Position numbers and translations under genes: made by a program
The notes under the pieces: model-generated
Seen by the model: the letters and a program-made list of their open reading frames with translations, nothing else
The model's database searches: none
Told to the model about the DNA's origin: nothing
Shown: one piece after another, positions 35,749-43,360 of the stretch
How the letters are laid out: every line of letters begins with the position of its first letter
Position numbering within the stretch: position 1 is the first letter of the stretch
Assembly: GCA_015494735.1 (NCBI GenBank)
Contig: WGAQ01000070.1
Span: forward strand, 1-43,360
Direction of reading: 5' to 3'
Length of the DNA stretch: 43,360 bases
Origin: a candidate division WOR-3 bacterium
GTDB lineage: Bacteria > Hydrothermota > Hydrothermia > LBFQ01 > DSFT01

Positions 35749-36624
35749 ATGCTAATCTGCCTTATAGCATTATCCAGTCAGCAGGACACGACGGCCAGTC
35801 CAATCTCCATCACGGGCAAAGTACTGGACGCGCAGACGATGAAACCCATATCCGGGGCCGTGGTTTACATAGATTCCCTGAAAGCGGTCACCTCCAGCGA
35901 TGGTACATACAGGATAAGTGGAGTGAAAGCGGGATTCGTGAACGCCAGAGCGGAGGCGAGCGGGTACAGGACCCACATCGAAACCTTCGAGGTGCCCGAC
36001 CAGGGCGAATATATAAAGAACTTCTATCTGGTAAAGAAGAGGGCCAGACTCATAATCACCGTTCTGGATGATTACAGCGAAAAGCCCATAAGGGCCACGG
36101 TGAAGGTGGGGAATAAATCTTACACCACGGATGAATCCGGCATGGTGGAATTGAAACTCCCCGAGGGCAACTACGATGTGGTCGTAATACCGCGCAGCGA
36201 TATTTACGATAAAAAAGAATTGAATGCTCAGGTTGTCGGTCCCATAAAGGTGTTGAAAATAAACCTGATTCCTGCGAAGATAAATCTGGGAGACCTGAGA
36301 TTCGAATCGGGGAAAGCCGATATAAAAGAATACATGATTCCCAAACTGGAAGAGGCATGCAGGCTCCTTAAGAGATACCCCGAAGCCCGTATCATAGTGG
36401 AAGGGCACACCGATACCAGGGGCTCTGCAGAATACAATCTTCGACTCTCCAGAAAGAGGGCGGAGGCTGTAAAGAACTGGCTCGTGGAGCACCAGTGCGT
36501 GGATCCGGAAAGGATAGAAGCGAGAGGATACGGTGAGAGCAGGCCCATCGTGTTTCCGGAGAAGCGACCGGAGGATTACGCGAAGAACAGGAGAGTGGTT
36601 CTGCGGATAGTGATGCCCGGGTAA
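35749..36624 (+). CDS. OmpA-family peptidoglycan-binding protein with two CarboxypepD_reg-like N-terminal domains
   Basis: The start is set at ATG 35749 (MLICLIALSS...). The N-terminal domains are ISITGKVLDAQTMKPISGAVVYID...SDGTYRISG and LIITVLDDYSEKPIRATVKV. The C-terminal OmpA_C motif is IIVEGHTDTRGSAEYNLRLSRKRAEAVKNWL...GYGESRP. Confidence 0.85.
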   Translation: MLICLIALSSQQDTTASPISITGKVLDAQTMKPISGAVVYIDSLKAVTSSDGTYRISGVKAGFVNARAEASGYRTHIETFEVPDQGEYIKNFYLVKKRARLIITVLDDYSEKPIRATVKVGNKSYTTDESGMVELKLPEGNYDVVVIPRSDIYDKKELNAQVVGPIKVLKINLIPAKINLGDLRFESGKADIKEYMIPKLEEACRLLKRYPEARIIVEGHTDTRGSAEYNLRLSRKRAEAVKNWLVEHQCVDPERIEARGYGESRPIVFPEKRPEDYAKNRRVVLRIVMPG

Positions 36625-37299
36625 TCAGCCCTCCCCGATATTTTCACCCATTATCCAGTTGAGGATTATCTCCTCGGGCATCCTGTCCATGTTGAACTTC
36701 GAGGGAATGGATGATGGATTCAGGTGGCATATAAATTCCCCCTCATCGATACTTAGTATGTGGTATGCCGCCTTATCCCCCTCCAATTCCCCGCACCTTG
36801 CGAATCTGACCCTCCTATCTATTATGAGCAGGAAGCAGTCCTTCTTATCCGGAATCTCCACGAGCCACGGGACTTCCGAGGATGAAAGGAACTGCAACAG
36901 GGTGGCTATGGGGAAGGCCTTGATGCTTCCATACAGTCTGGGCGTATCCGTTTCCATAACCTCCCTGAAGGCCCTGTAGAAGTTGGAGAAAAAGACCGGT
37001 TTGCGCAGGAGTCTGGTTCTCGAAAAGCGGAGCACGAACCTGTCTATATAGGCATCCTCCAGACCGGTGATGACCAGCGTAGGCACATTGTACTTGACCG
37101 TGAGTTCCGAGAGAAGGGACAGGCCGGACATACCCGGAAGATTTACATCCAGTATGAGAACATCGGGAACGAAGAAGTTCTGCATGAACTCCTCAACCGA
37201 GGCGAAGGACACCACTTCAGAGTCGGGGTCTATCTGGCCCATATAGTCCCGATAGAGATCCACGAGATCAGGGTCATCTTCTATCACCAGAACCCGCAT
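36625..37299 (-). CDS. Response regulator: REC receiver + DUF4388 domain (no DNA-binding output)
   Basis: The track ORF is trimmed to ATG 37299. REC features: MRVLVIEDDPDLV, phospho-acceptor context VLILDVNLPGMSG, LVITG, and LRKP. The C-terminal GSIKAFPIATLLQFLSSSEVPWLVEI...RFARCGELEGDKAAYHIL fits DUF4388. Confidence 0.8.
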   Translation of the reverse strand: MRVLVIEDDPDLVDLYRDYMGQIDPDSEVVSFASVEEFMQNFFVPDVLILDVNLPGMSGLSLLSELTVKYNVPTLVITGLEDAYIDRFVLRFSRTRLLRKPVFFSNFYRAFREVMETDTPRLYGSIKAFPIATLLQFLSSSEVPWLVEIPDKKDCFLLIIDRRVRFARCGELEGDKAAYHILSIDEGEFICHLNPSSIPSKFNMDRMPEEIILNWIMGENIGEG

Positions 37300-37696
37300 T
37301 GCGCTCCACCCTGTACTCCAGTTTCTGCAGAAGTTCCTCCAGAGTTTCGCTGTCGTAAGAGGGCATGGTAAATGCCATGTAGTATCGGTCGAAGAGCCTG
37401 TTACCAAAGGTATCCCTCAGCTCAGGGAACTTGTTCAGGAGGATCCTGGCCAGCCCGGACTTTATACCATTTGTGAAGAAGGCAGGAGATTCCCGGGGGG
37501 GAAGTTCCACCTTGGCCATGATATAGTAATTATTCACGCTATAATCGATCAACCTCCCCTTTATCCGATTCATCGCCTCCTTCAGGTAATCTCCCACCAC
37601 ATCCTTTATCCTCTCCACGTCCCCCTCCTTCAGGGGCCGGGCAAACGGCCAGACGAACAAGTACTTGAAGTCCCCAATCACATATCGGAATTTCAT
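37274..37696 (-). CDS. IS200/IS605 TnpA (Y1 HUH transposase)-fold protein lacking HUH and catalytic Tyr; likely domesticated/inactive
   Basis: 140 aa. By-eye alignment to IS200/IS608 TnpA: FKYLFVWPFARPL vs KYHIVWxPKYRR; NNYYIMAKVELPPRESPAFFTNGIKSGLARILLNKFPEL vs DHIHILxxIPPxxSxSxFxxxLKGxSSRxLxxEF; LFDRYYMAFTM..ETLEELLQKLE vs LWxxxYFxxTVG..xxVxxYIxNQ. The 3' end overlaps the response-regulator start by 26 nt. TATAAT (37708-37713) and a GGAG SD lie upstream. Confidence 0.5.
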   Translation of the reverse strand: MKFRYVIGDFKYLFVWPFARPLKEGDVERIKDVVGDYLKEAMNRIKGRLIDYSVNNYYIMAKVELPPRESPAFFTNGIKSGLARILLNKFPELRDTFGNRLFDRYYMAFTMPSYDSETLEELLQKLEYRVERNAGSGDRR

Positions 37697-37826
37697 CGTC
37701 TCCGAAAATTATAAAGCGTGTTAAAGGATAACATTTTGCCTTAAATTATTCGAGCACTTTGATTTTTCGAATTCCCACATTATTACCTACGAAATATAGT
37801 TTCCTCCCCTCGAATTCTTTAGAGAT

Positions 37827-37832
37827 TAAAAT
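37827..37832 (+). promoter_or_regulatory. -10-like box TAAAAT, 6 nt upstream of the FecR-like gene ATG
   Basis: agagattaaaattttagcATG. Confidence 0.5.
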
Positions 37833-37838
37833 TTTAGC

Positions 37839-39359
37839 ATGTTAAACGCTCAACTGCTGCTCTACACATTGCTGGCTCAGGCTCCTGCAAACGAGCAGGT
37901 GGTGGCGATAGCACTGAGCATACATGGGGAGGCTTATATACAGCCACCGGAAATACCAATATATACTTCGCTGGTTCCCCTTCAGGAAATCAGGGAAGGG
38001 AGCGTAATAAGGATAGAGTCCAATTCGATGGTGGTATTCAAGATAGACGGGAACATAATAAGGCTCTTCGGCCCCACCACCATCAAGGTGGAGGAGATAG
38101 GGAATGAAAAGGGCATAAACCTGATAGACGGAAGAATATACGGAAACTTTAAGAAACCCTTCAGATTGAAAACCAACAGAGTATCTGCGGTGATACGGGG
38201 AACCAAGGTCTCGGTGATAAAGAGGGGACAGGAAATATGGAAGGTCATAAAGGGAACGATAGATGTGGAGGGGATGGGACCGCTGGAGGAGGGGAAGCAG
38301 TTGAACCTCGAGAAAGGGGGAGTGGAAAAACTCGTTCTCGACTCCATAGACCTCCTGAATCTGGCCCTCGATGCGAGGGGTCAGGATACCGTCCCGCCCG
38401 AGATAAAGATAGAGAAAGCCGATATCACCAACAGCAAAGCCTACTCCTTCAGGGTACTCACGGAACCGGGAGCGGTGGTTAAGTTCCAGGGCAGGAGGTA
38501 CACCGTGGATTCCACGGGGCAGATAGTGCTGAAAACGACGCTGAAGAGAGAATTCAACTACCTGACCCTCACCGCAACGGACAGCGCGGGCAATATGTCC
38601 AGAGCAGGATTCCTGGTGAAACTGGACACCGTTCCTCCCAGAATCGATATACCCCTGAGAAGTGGCCTCTATAGCAAAATCCCCCGGACGGCCATTCCGG
38701 TAGAGGGGGACCCGGGGGCAATCGTCAGGGTTGGAAACGGGGGACAGAGGGAAGTACCCCCCTCGGGATATCTTCAGGAGGTGGTCAGTTTGAATCCCGG
38801 GGAGAACACCGTGAGGATACAGGGAATAGATGAGGCCGGCAACTCCACGCAGAAGAAGATCAAACTCATCTTCGACAACACCATACCTTCCATAGCAGTC
38901 ATAAGCCCCACCGACACCCTCACGAGCGAAAGGAGCATAACCCTTCGGTTGAAGGTGATGGACGACAGGTTGAAGGGTGTGGTGGTGAACGGAAAAGTGG
39001 CACCCGTGAAGAACGGCACGGTGACGAAGACGTTCCAGCTAAAGGAAGGCCCCAACACCTTCGAAATATACGCGGTGGACAGCGCGGGCAACATAACAGC
39101 AACCCGGATAAGGGTGGTAAGGGACACGCGTCCCCCTCTGGAGAAGAAAGAACTGACCGTGGACACGTATCAGAACATCACGGGAAGGGTGAAACCCGGC
39201 TCGCTGGTATTCATAAACGGAAATCCCGTACCGGTATCCCCCGATGGAGAATTCTCCCACAGGGTCAGACTGCACAGGGGTAAGAATGTGGTGATAATAA
39301 GGGTGGTGGATATGGCAGGAAATGAAACGGTGGAGAAGCGCATAATAGAAGTTCCCTGA
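37839..39359 (+). CDS. Secreted FecR-domain protein with four Ig-like repeats
   Basis: The short signal-like N-terminus is MLNAQLLLYTLLAQA. The FecR-like beta segment is EGSVIRIESNSMVVFKIDGNIIRLFGPTTIKV...RVSAVIRGTKVSV. Four ~90-aa repeats follow, each opening with DT(V/R)PP or DNTIPS and containing (A/G)(T/V)D.AGN. Confidence 0.7.
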   Translation: MLNAQLLLYTLLAQAPANEQVVAIALSIHGEAYIQPPEIPIYTSLVPLQEIREGSVIRIESNSMVVFKIDGNIIRLFGPTTIKVEEIGNEKGINLIDGRIYGNFKKPFRLKTNRVSAVIRGTKVSVIKRGQEIWKVIKGTIDVEGMGPLEEGKQLNLEKGGVEKLVLDSIDLLNLALDARGQDTVPPEIKIEKADITNSKAYSFRVLTEPGAVVKFQGRRYTVDSTGQIVLKTTLKREFNYLTLTATDSAGNMSRAGFLVKLDTVPPRIDIPLRSGLYSKIPRTAIPVEGDPGAIVRVGNGGQREVPPSGYLQEVVSLNPGENTVRIQGIDEAGNSTQKKIKLIFDNTIPSIAVISPTDTLTSERSITLRLKVMDDRLKGVVVNGKVAPVKNGTVTKTFQLKEGPNTFEIYAVDSAGNITATRIRVVRDTRPPLEKKELTVDTYQNITGRVKPGSLVFINGNPVPVSPDGEFSHRVRLHRGKNVVIIRVVDMAGNETVEKRIIEVP

Positions 39360-41419
39360 TGCCAGATAAATTCTTTCTGTCCAACATCGTAATCATATTC
39401 ACGATAGGTCTGGCATATACGTACTTCTTCGGATATCAGAACAACGTGGAGAACTTCCTCTACTCCATGTCCTACAGAGAAGAGGAGATGAACACGGACG
39501 ACATAATCATCATAGACCTGGACGACAGAACCCTGAAAAATGTGGGCAGATGGCCCATCCCAAGGAGTTATTACAGGAAGATACTGGAAAAGGCTTCCCG
39601 TGGAGATGCCATAGTCTTCGACATCATCTTCTCGGAGGCATCTCTGGGGGATTCGCTGGTCCTGCCCCTCCTGGACTCCCTGAAGGACAAAATCGTTATG
39701 CCCATAGTCATACACGACACACAGATTATCTGGCCCAATCAAAGCATGATGGGAAAGATAAAGTATCTGGGGACCTCCTCCATCATAGTGGAGAATAACG
39801 GATTCGTCTTCCGGGTTCCGTCCATAGAAAAGGCGGGCAGGATGATGGTGTATTCGATTTCCATTCTGGCTGCATATCTCCACTCGGGAATAGAGCCCTA
39901 CTCCATCGTGAAGAACTACGGGGATATCCTGTACTTCTCCATACCTGCGAAGAAGTCCAGAAGAATCAGCGCGTGGGACTTCGTGAATTCCAGAGATACA
40001 TTTTCCCTGAAGAACAAAATCGTCTTCATAGGCTCCTCAGCCATAGGGGTGGGGGACTTCTTCACACTTCCCACAGGTCAGATAGTACCCGGCGTGGAGA
40101 TACACTCATACGTTACCGCCTCCATCCTGAACGATAAGATCAAGAAGATTGCGGACCCCATCAAGATGATGCTCATATACCTGCTCATGTCCATCATGCT
40201 TCTACTGATATTCAACGAATTGCCCTTCATAACATGGTTCCCCGTCGCCATCATATACGCAATCTCCATCATAGTGGTACAGAGAATCAACATAGAGAAG
40301 GACCTGCTTACTCCTGCTTTCTTCTTCCTGCTTCCCATCATATACATCTTCCCCGCATATACAGTCAGGTTCCACGTGAAGATACTGAACAAATCCCTGG
40401 AAATGTTCAGAAAACTGGCCGAGAGAATCGCCCTTGAGGAGGAAATCCCGGACAGGTTCCCCACGACCAAGGACATATACACCATGGACTATCAGGACCT
40501 GATGGATAACATGCAGTACATCAGCGAATACATAAACAAGGAGATACACCTCATCAGCAAACTATCCGACACCCTCAACGTGGGCATAATGATAGAGAAC
40601 CGCTCGGGGGAAGTCCTGTACATGAACAGGTTCTTCCAGCAGGTGGCCCCGGACAGGGATGACCTGAATCAGGAGCAGATAGAGAAGGATGGAAGATTCT
40701 TCAAGGTGGACAGATTCGACTTCGAGCACTTCCGCATATACACCATCGCAGATGTGACGCATCAGGAAAGGCAGGCCAGGGATTTTCACCTCCTCTTCAG
40801 GATGCTCAATCACGAGATACGGACACCCCTCAACATAGTAATAGGCTACTGGGACATTCTGAAGGTGAAGGGGAAACTGGACCAGGAAGCCATGCAGAAG
40901 ATAGACAAAGCCATAGAGACCATACTGACCATACTGGACAACTTCACCATCATCGCCAAGAGCAGGGCGGGGTTGATGAACACAATACGGGAAAGGGTGA
41001 ACATATCCGGAACGGTTAAGGAATTGCTGGAGAGACTCCGCAGTTCCTACACCAGACCCCTGAACATAGAACTCAGGTGCATGGACATGGAAATCGAGAC
41101 GGACCCCATCCTGATTCGCATAATCCTGAAGAACCTGCTGGAGAATGCCCTGAAATATGCCGAGAGCCGAATAGTGGTTGAATGCAGGAACAACATGGTA
41201 TCGGTGGCCAACGATACGGGAATAACTGCAAGGGATATTCAGATTCTGTCCGAGCCCTTCCGCAGAGGGGACAACGTTATGGGAAGGAAGGGTATAGGGC
41301 TCGGCATGACCATCATACGGGAGCTGGTCAATGCTCTGGGGATAGATATGAGGATAGAGGATGCCCCCGATGTGGGGGGCATAAGGATAACCCTCATATT
41401 CCCAGAATCTTCAGAATGA
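39359..41419 (+). CDS. CHASE2-domain sensor histidine kinase
   Basis: The start shares one nt with the FecR-like stop (TGATG). There is an N-terminal TM helix. The CHASE2-like region is DDIIIIDLDDRTLKNVGRWPIPRSYY...DAIVFDIIFSE. It is followed by hydrophobic helices by eye, the H-box FRMLNHEIRTPLNIV, the N-box LKNLLENALKYA, and the G-boxes NDTGIT / GIGLGMTI. Confidence 0.85.
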   Translation: MPDKFFLSNIVIIFTIGLAYTYFFGYQNNVENFLYSMSYREEEMNTDDIIIIDLDDRTLKNVGRWPIPRSYYRKILEKASRGDAIVFDIIFSEASLGDSLVLPLLDSLKDKIVMPIVIHDTQIIWPNQSMMGKIKYLGTSSIIVENNGFVFRVPSIEKAGRMMVYSISILAAYLHSGIEPYSIVKNYGDILYFSIPAKKSRRISAWDFVNSRDTFSLKNKIVFIGSSAIGVGDFFTLPTGQIVPGVEIHSYVTASILNDKIKKIADPIKMMLIYLLMSIMLLLIFNELPFITWFPVAIIYAISIIVVQRINIEKDLLTPAFFFLLPIIYIFPAYTVRFHVKILNKSLEMFRKLAERIALEEEIPDRFPTTKDIYTMDYQDLMDNMQYISEYINKEIHLISKLSDTLNVGIMIENRSGEVLYMNRFFQQVAPDRDDLNQEQIEKDGRFFKVDRFDFEHFRIYTIADVTHQERQARDFHLLFRMLNHEIRTPLNIVIGYWDILKVKGKLDQEAMQKIDKAIETILTILDNFTIIAKSRAGLMNTIRERVNISGTVKELLERLRSSYTRPLNIELRCMDMEIETDPILIRIILKNLLENALKYAESRIVVECRNNMVSVANDTGITARDIQILSEPFRRGDNVMGRKGIGLGMTIIRELVNALGIDMRIEDAPDVGGIRITLIFPESSE

Positions 41420-43022
41420 CCTGAATCAATCCCACAGTGAACCCTATGGGAATCCCCAGCAACTCTATGGTCCTGAACTCTCTCCTCATCATTCCGAAGA
41501 CCAGTTCCTCCATCTCCTCCACACTGTATCCCATTATCCTGTCCAGAACAATGGACCTGACATCGATTTTTTCCACGAGTCCCTCGATGACATCCACTAT
41601 CCTGTCGAATATGGCATCTATGAAATCCTCGACGAACTTCCGAACATCGATGTACTCCTCCAGGCGTTTCCTCGGATTGCCTATGGGCTTCTCGCTCAAT
41701 TTGTCGAGGGTTTCCCCGATTACCCTCTCCACCTGCGGGCTGGTGAGGATACGGGTCAGGACCTCCCTTATCTCATCCTCGTACTTCTCATAAATGTTCA
41801 TGAGGACGGGCTTATCCCTGTTGCGCTCGTAAATCCCATCTATCCACTCGAGTCCCCTCTCCTTCAATCTCTCCATAAATCCGGGAGAGACGATTTCGGA
41901 GACCTTCATCCGGGACAGATTGGATGCAAGGGAGATTATGTCCTGACGGACGAAGTGGACCATCTTCCGGAGGGCTTCCACGAATTGAGTTTCATCTATG
42001 TAGCGGGAGATGGGGTTTTTGAGGAATTTCTCCACCTCCCTCTTTACATCCTCCACTATCGCAGGGTCGCTCTCCAGTCTGTTGGCCAGATTCTCGATGT
42101 ATTCCGAGACCCTGCTTTCCAGGTCCAGCAGCAAACTGGCAATCTCCATGCCCAGCTTGACCAGAAAATTGGCCCTCTCCTTAACCGCCTCTATTATGAG
42201 CCTGGATAGGCGCATCCTGAACTGGGGGTCCCTGAGCTTATTTGCAAATGCTTCTATCAGTCTGTCGCTTATCTCCACGGAGCGGGGATAGATATCGTAT
42301 ATGCTCCTGTCCCTGAATGCACCGTAGAGGGAAGAGAGGGCCCTGTCATCGATTCTGTCCAGGAGGCGGGCCACCATATCCTCTATGTCCCTGTTTCCGA
42401 ATATCTCCCCCACCGTCCTTTCGGAGAAACTGGAAATCATCTGTCCGCTGTATTCCTCGAGCCACCTCCGAATCCTGCCGTACCGATTCTCATTCAGGAA
42501 CTCCTTCAGGGGCCTTCGGGCCACATCCTGCATAACCCTGTCCAGGAATCGGAGCACAGCACCGTAATTGTTCATGTAATAATCCAGAATGAACTGACGG
42601 AGGCGGGGATAGTTGGCACCGAGCATTTCCCTCAGGGACGGGTAATCCCTGTCCAGTTCCCCCAGGATGAAGTCAACCAGACCCCTCTTTATGTCCCTCT
42701 TCCTCTGCTCCTCCATAAGGTACTCCTTGATTAACCGGGCATTTACCAGTTCCTGCTCCACCGTGGTGGCCAGATTCTCGGCAATCCTGTCCCTGGACTT
42801 GGGTACCAGCCCCTGCCACGTGAAGAGGAGGAAGTTGATGGGCTTCTTCGGGTTGAATATCATCCAGATGGCCAGGACGTTGGTCATGTATCCGATAAGG
42901 GCTCCCACGGTGGGGAATATGAGATAGGAAGCGAAGGGGAAGAATCTGGAGACAAGCACCTCCGCAATCACAAGAAGAACGAGAGCCCATAGAATCCAGT
43001 CCTTCCATATCCTCATTCCCAT
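41394..43022 (-). CDS. DUF445-family membrane protein
   Basis: 542 aa. An N-terminal TM pair carries GALIGYMTNVLAIWMIFNP...GLVPKSRDRIAENLA, the DUF445 hallmark. A long helical middle region and the C-terminal TM helix IELLGIPIGFTVGLIQVILKILGI follow. The 3' end overlaps the kinase 3' end by 26 nt. Confidence 0.75.
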   Translation of the reverse strand: MGMRIWKDWILWALVLLVIAEVLVSRFFPFASYLIFPTVGALIGYMTNVLAIWMIFNPKKPINFLLFTWQGLVPKSRDRIAENLATTVEQELVNARLIKEYLMEEQRKRDIKRGLVDFILGELDRDYPSLREMLGANYPRLRQFILDYYMNNYGAVLRFLDRVMQDVARRPLKEFLNENRYGRIRRWLEEYSGQMISSFSERTVGEIFGNRDIEDMVARLLDRIDDRALSSLYGAFRDRSIYDIYPRSVEISDRLIEAFANKLRDPQFRMRLSRLIIEAVKERANFLVKLGMEIASLLLDLESRVSEYIENLANRLESDPAIVEDVKREVEKFLKNPISRYIDETQFVEALRKMVHFVRQDIISLASNLSRMKVSEIVSPGFMERLKERGLEWIDGIYERNRDKPVLMNIYEKYEDEIREVLTRILTSPQVERVIGETLDKLSEKPIGNPRKRLEEYIDVRKFVEDFIDAIFDRIVDVIEGLVEKIDVRSIVLDRIMGYSVEEMEELVFGMMRREFRTIELLGIPIGFTVGLIQVILKILGI

Positions 43023-43029
43023 GCCAGAA

Positions 43030-43035
43030 ATTTAA
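43030..43035 (-). promoter_or_regulatory. -10-like box TTAAAT, 7 nt upstream of the DUF445 gene ATG
   Basis: Minus strand reads ctcctttaaatttctggcATG. Confidence 0.4.
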
Positions 43036-43087
43036 AGGAGCAGGTTTTCCAGATTCACGATATGGAATCCGGATGGCGAAAATCCAG

Positions 43088-43112
43088 ATATAAAGCGGAG
43101 AGCAGTCTCCGC
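43088..43112 (-). terminator. Rho-independent terminator after proS
   Basis: Minus strand reads GCGGAGA ctgc TCTCCGC TTTATATCTGGATTTT. The 7-bp stem is at 43095-43101 / 43106-43112, 36 nt after the proS TAA. Confidence 0.65.
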
Positions 43113-43147
43113 AGGTCAGAATTTCCTACGATTCAGGTCGGTTAAAA

Positions 43148-43360
43148 TTACTCCTTCAATTCGTAAAGTTCCATCTCCTCATCCAGAATCCTCTTGAATT
43201 CATCGACGAACTGCTCCAGAGGTATGTCCCACCTGTGGCCATCCCGGCGTCTCTGCACCTCCACCACCCCATCGGCAGCCTTCCTTCCCACCACGATTTT
43301 GAATGGGATGCCTATCAGATCCGCATCCTTGAATTTGACACCGGGCCTCTCATCCCTGTC
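43148..43360 (-). CDS. proS: Proline--tRNA ligase, C-terminal anticodon-binding end (partial; N-terminus off window)
   Basis: My own translation gives [70 protein letters not shown]. The [19 protein letters not shown] motif is the class II anticodon-binding domain end, as in bacterial ProRS. Confidence 0.75.
   Translation of the reverse strand, partial: DRDERPGVKFKDADLIGIPFKIVVGRKAADGVVEVQRRRDGHRWDIPLEQFVDEFKRILDEEMELYELKE

Noticed and set aside
37274-37696. Calling the TnpA-like gene an IS200/IS605 mobile element
   Set aside because: The HUH motif and catalytic Tyr are absent. There is no tnpB/iscB, I saw no subterminal hairpins or repeats flanking it, and the composition is native. It is reported as a domesticated CDS, not a mobile element.
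1-43360. Search for CRISPR arrays, tandem DNA repeats, rRNA/tRNA genes, integrases or inverted-repeat-bounded elements
   Set aside because: No regularly spaced direct repeats, rRNA-like stretches, tRNA cloverleaf candidates in intergenic gaps, or recombinase genes were found by eye. The repeats that do exist (Ig-like, CarboxypepD_reg-like, GVxG) are at the protein level only.

Overview
This is a densely coding, about 50% G+C window from a diderm bacterium, shown by lpxB, an msbA-like gene, bamD, an OmpA-family protein and OM beta-barrels. A Por/T9SS-type C-terminal sorting domain, a PorV/PorQ-like barrel and a DUF5916-like barrel point to an uncultured FCB-group-like lineage; this is inference only. 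I support 41 protein-coding genes. I found no rRNA, tRNA, CRISPR array or intact mobile element. The housekeeping content is: glyQ (partial), sucC, rimP-nusA-infB-DUF503-ptsH-ptsI, lpxB, a stand-alone fusA, a PGM/PMM-family mutase, an envelope operon (PorV-like barrel, SurA-like lipoprotein, msbA-like, bamD, nadD, tsaB), polX, two ABC-2 exporters, an ArsB/NhaD-type permease and proS (partial). The accessory region is 28.0-32.7 kb. There, two AT-richer cassettes flank polX. The first is a translationally coupled soluble ABC-type (AAA_15/21-like) ATPase plus a 195-aa acidic Toprim/DUF4276-like protein, which I rank as the best candidate for an uncharacterised conflict or defence system. The second is a PUA/EVE-like reader fused to a NucS/PD-(D/E)xK-like nuclease, a candidate modification-dependent restriction enzyme. 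Three other signals are notable: (1) an IS200/IS605 TnpA-fold protein that lacks both the HUH motif and the catalytic Tyr, and is translationally overlapped with a REC-DUF4388 response regulator beside a FecR-like/CHASE2 histidine kinase pair; (2) a recurrent TAAAAT-type box exactly 6-7 nt upstream of the start codon of operon-first genes, implying leaderless mRNAs, while internal genes use GGAGG-type SD sites; (3) a leaderless gene for a T9SS-tail protein followed by a Gly/Val/Ser-repeat fibre-like protein. All family calls were made by eye from motifs, and no searches were run.
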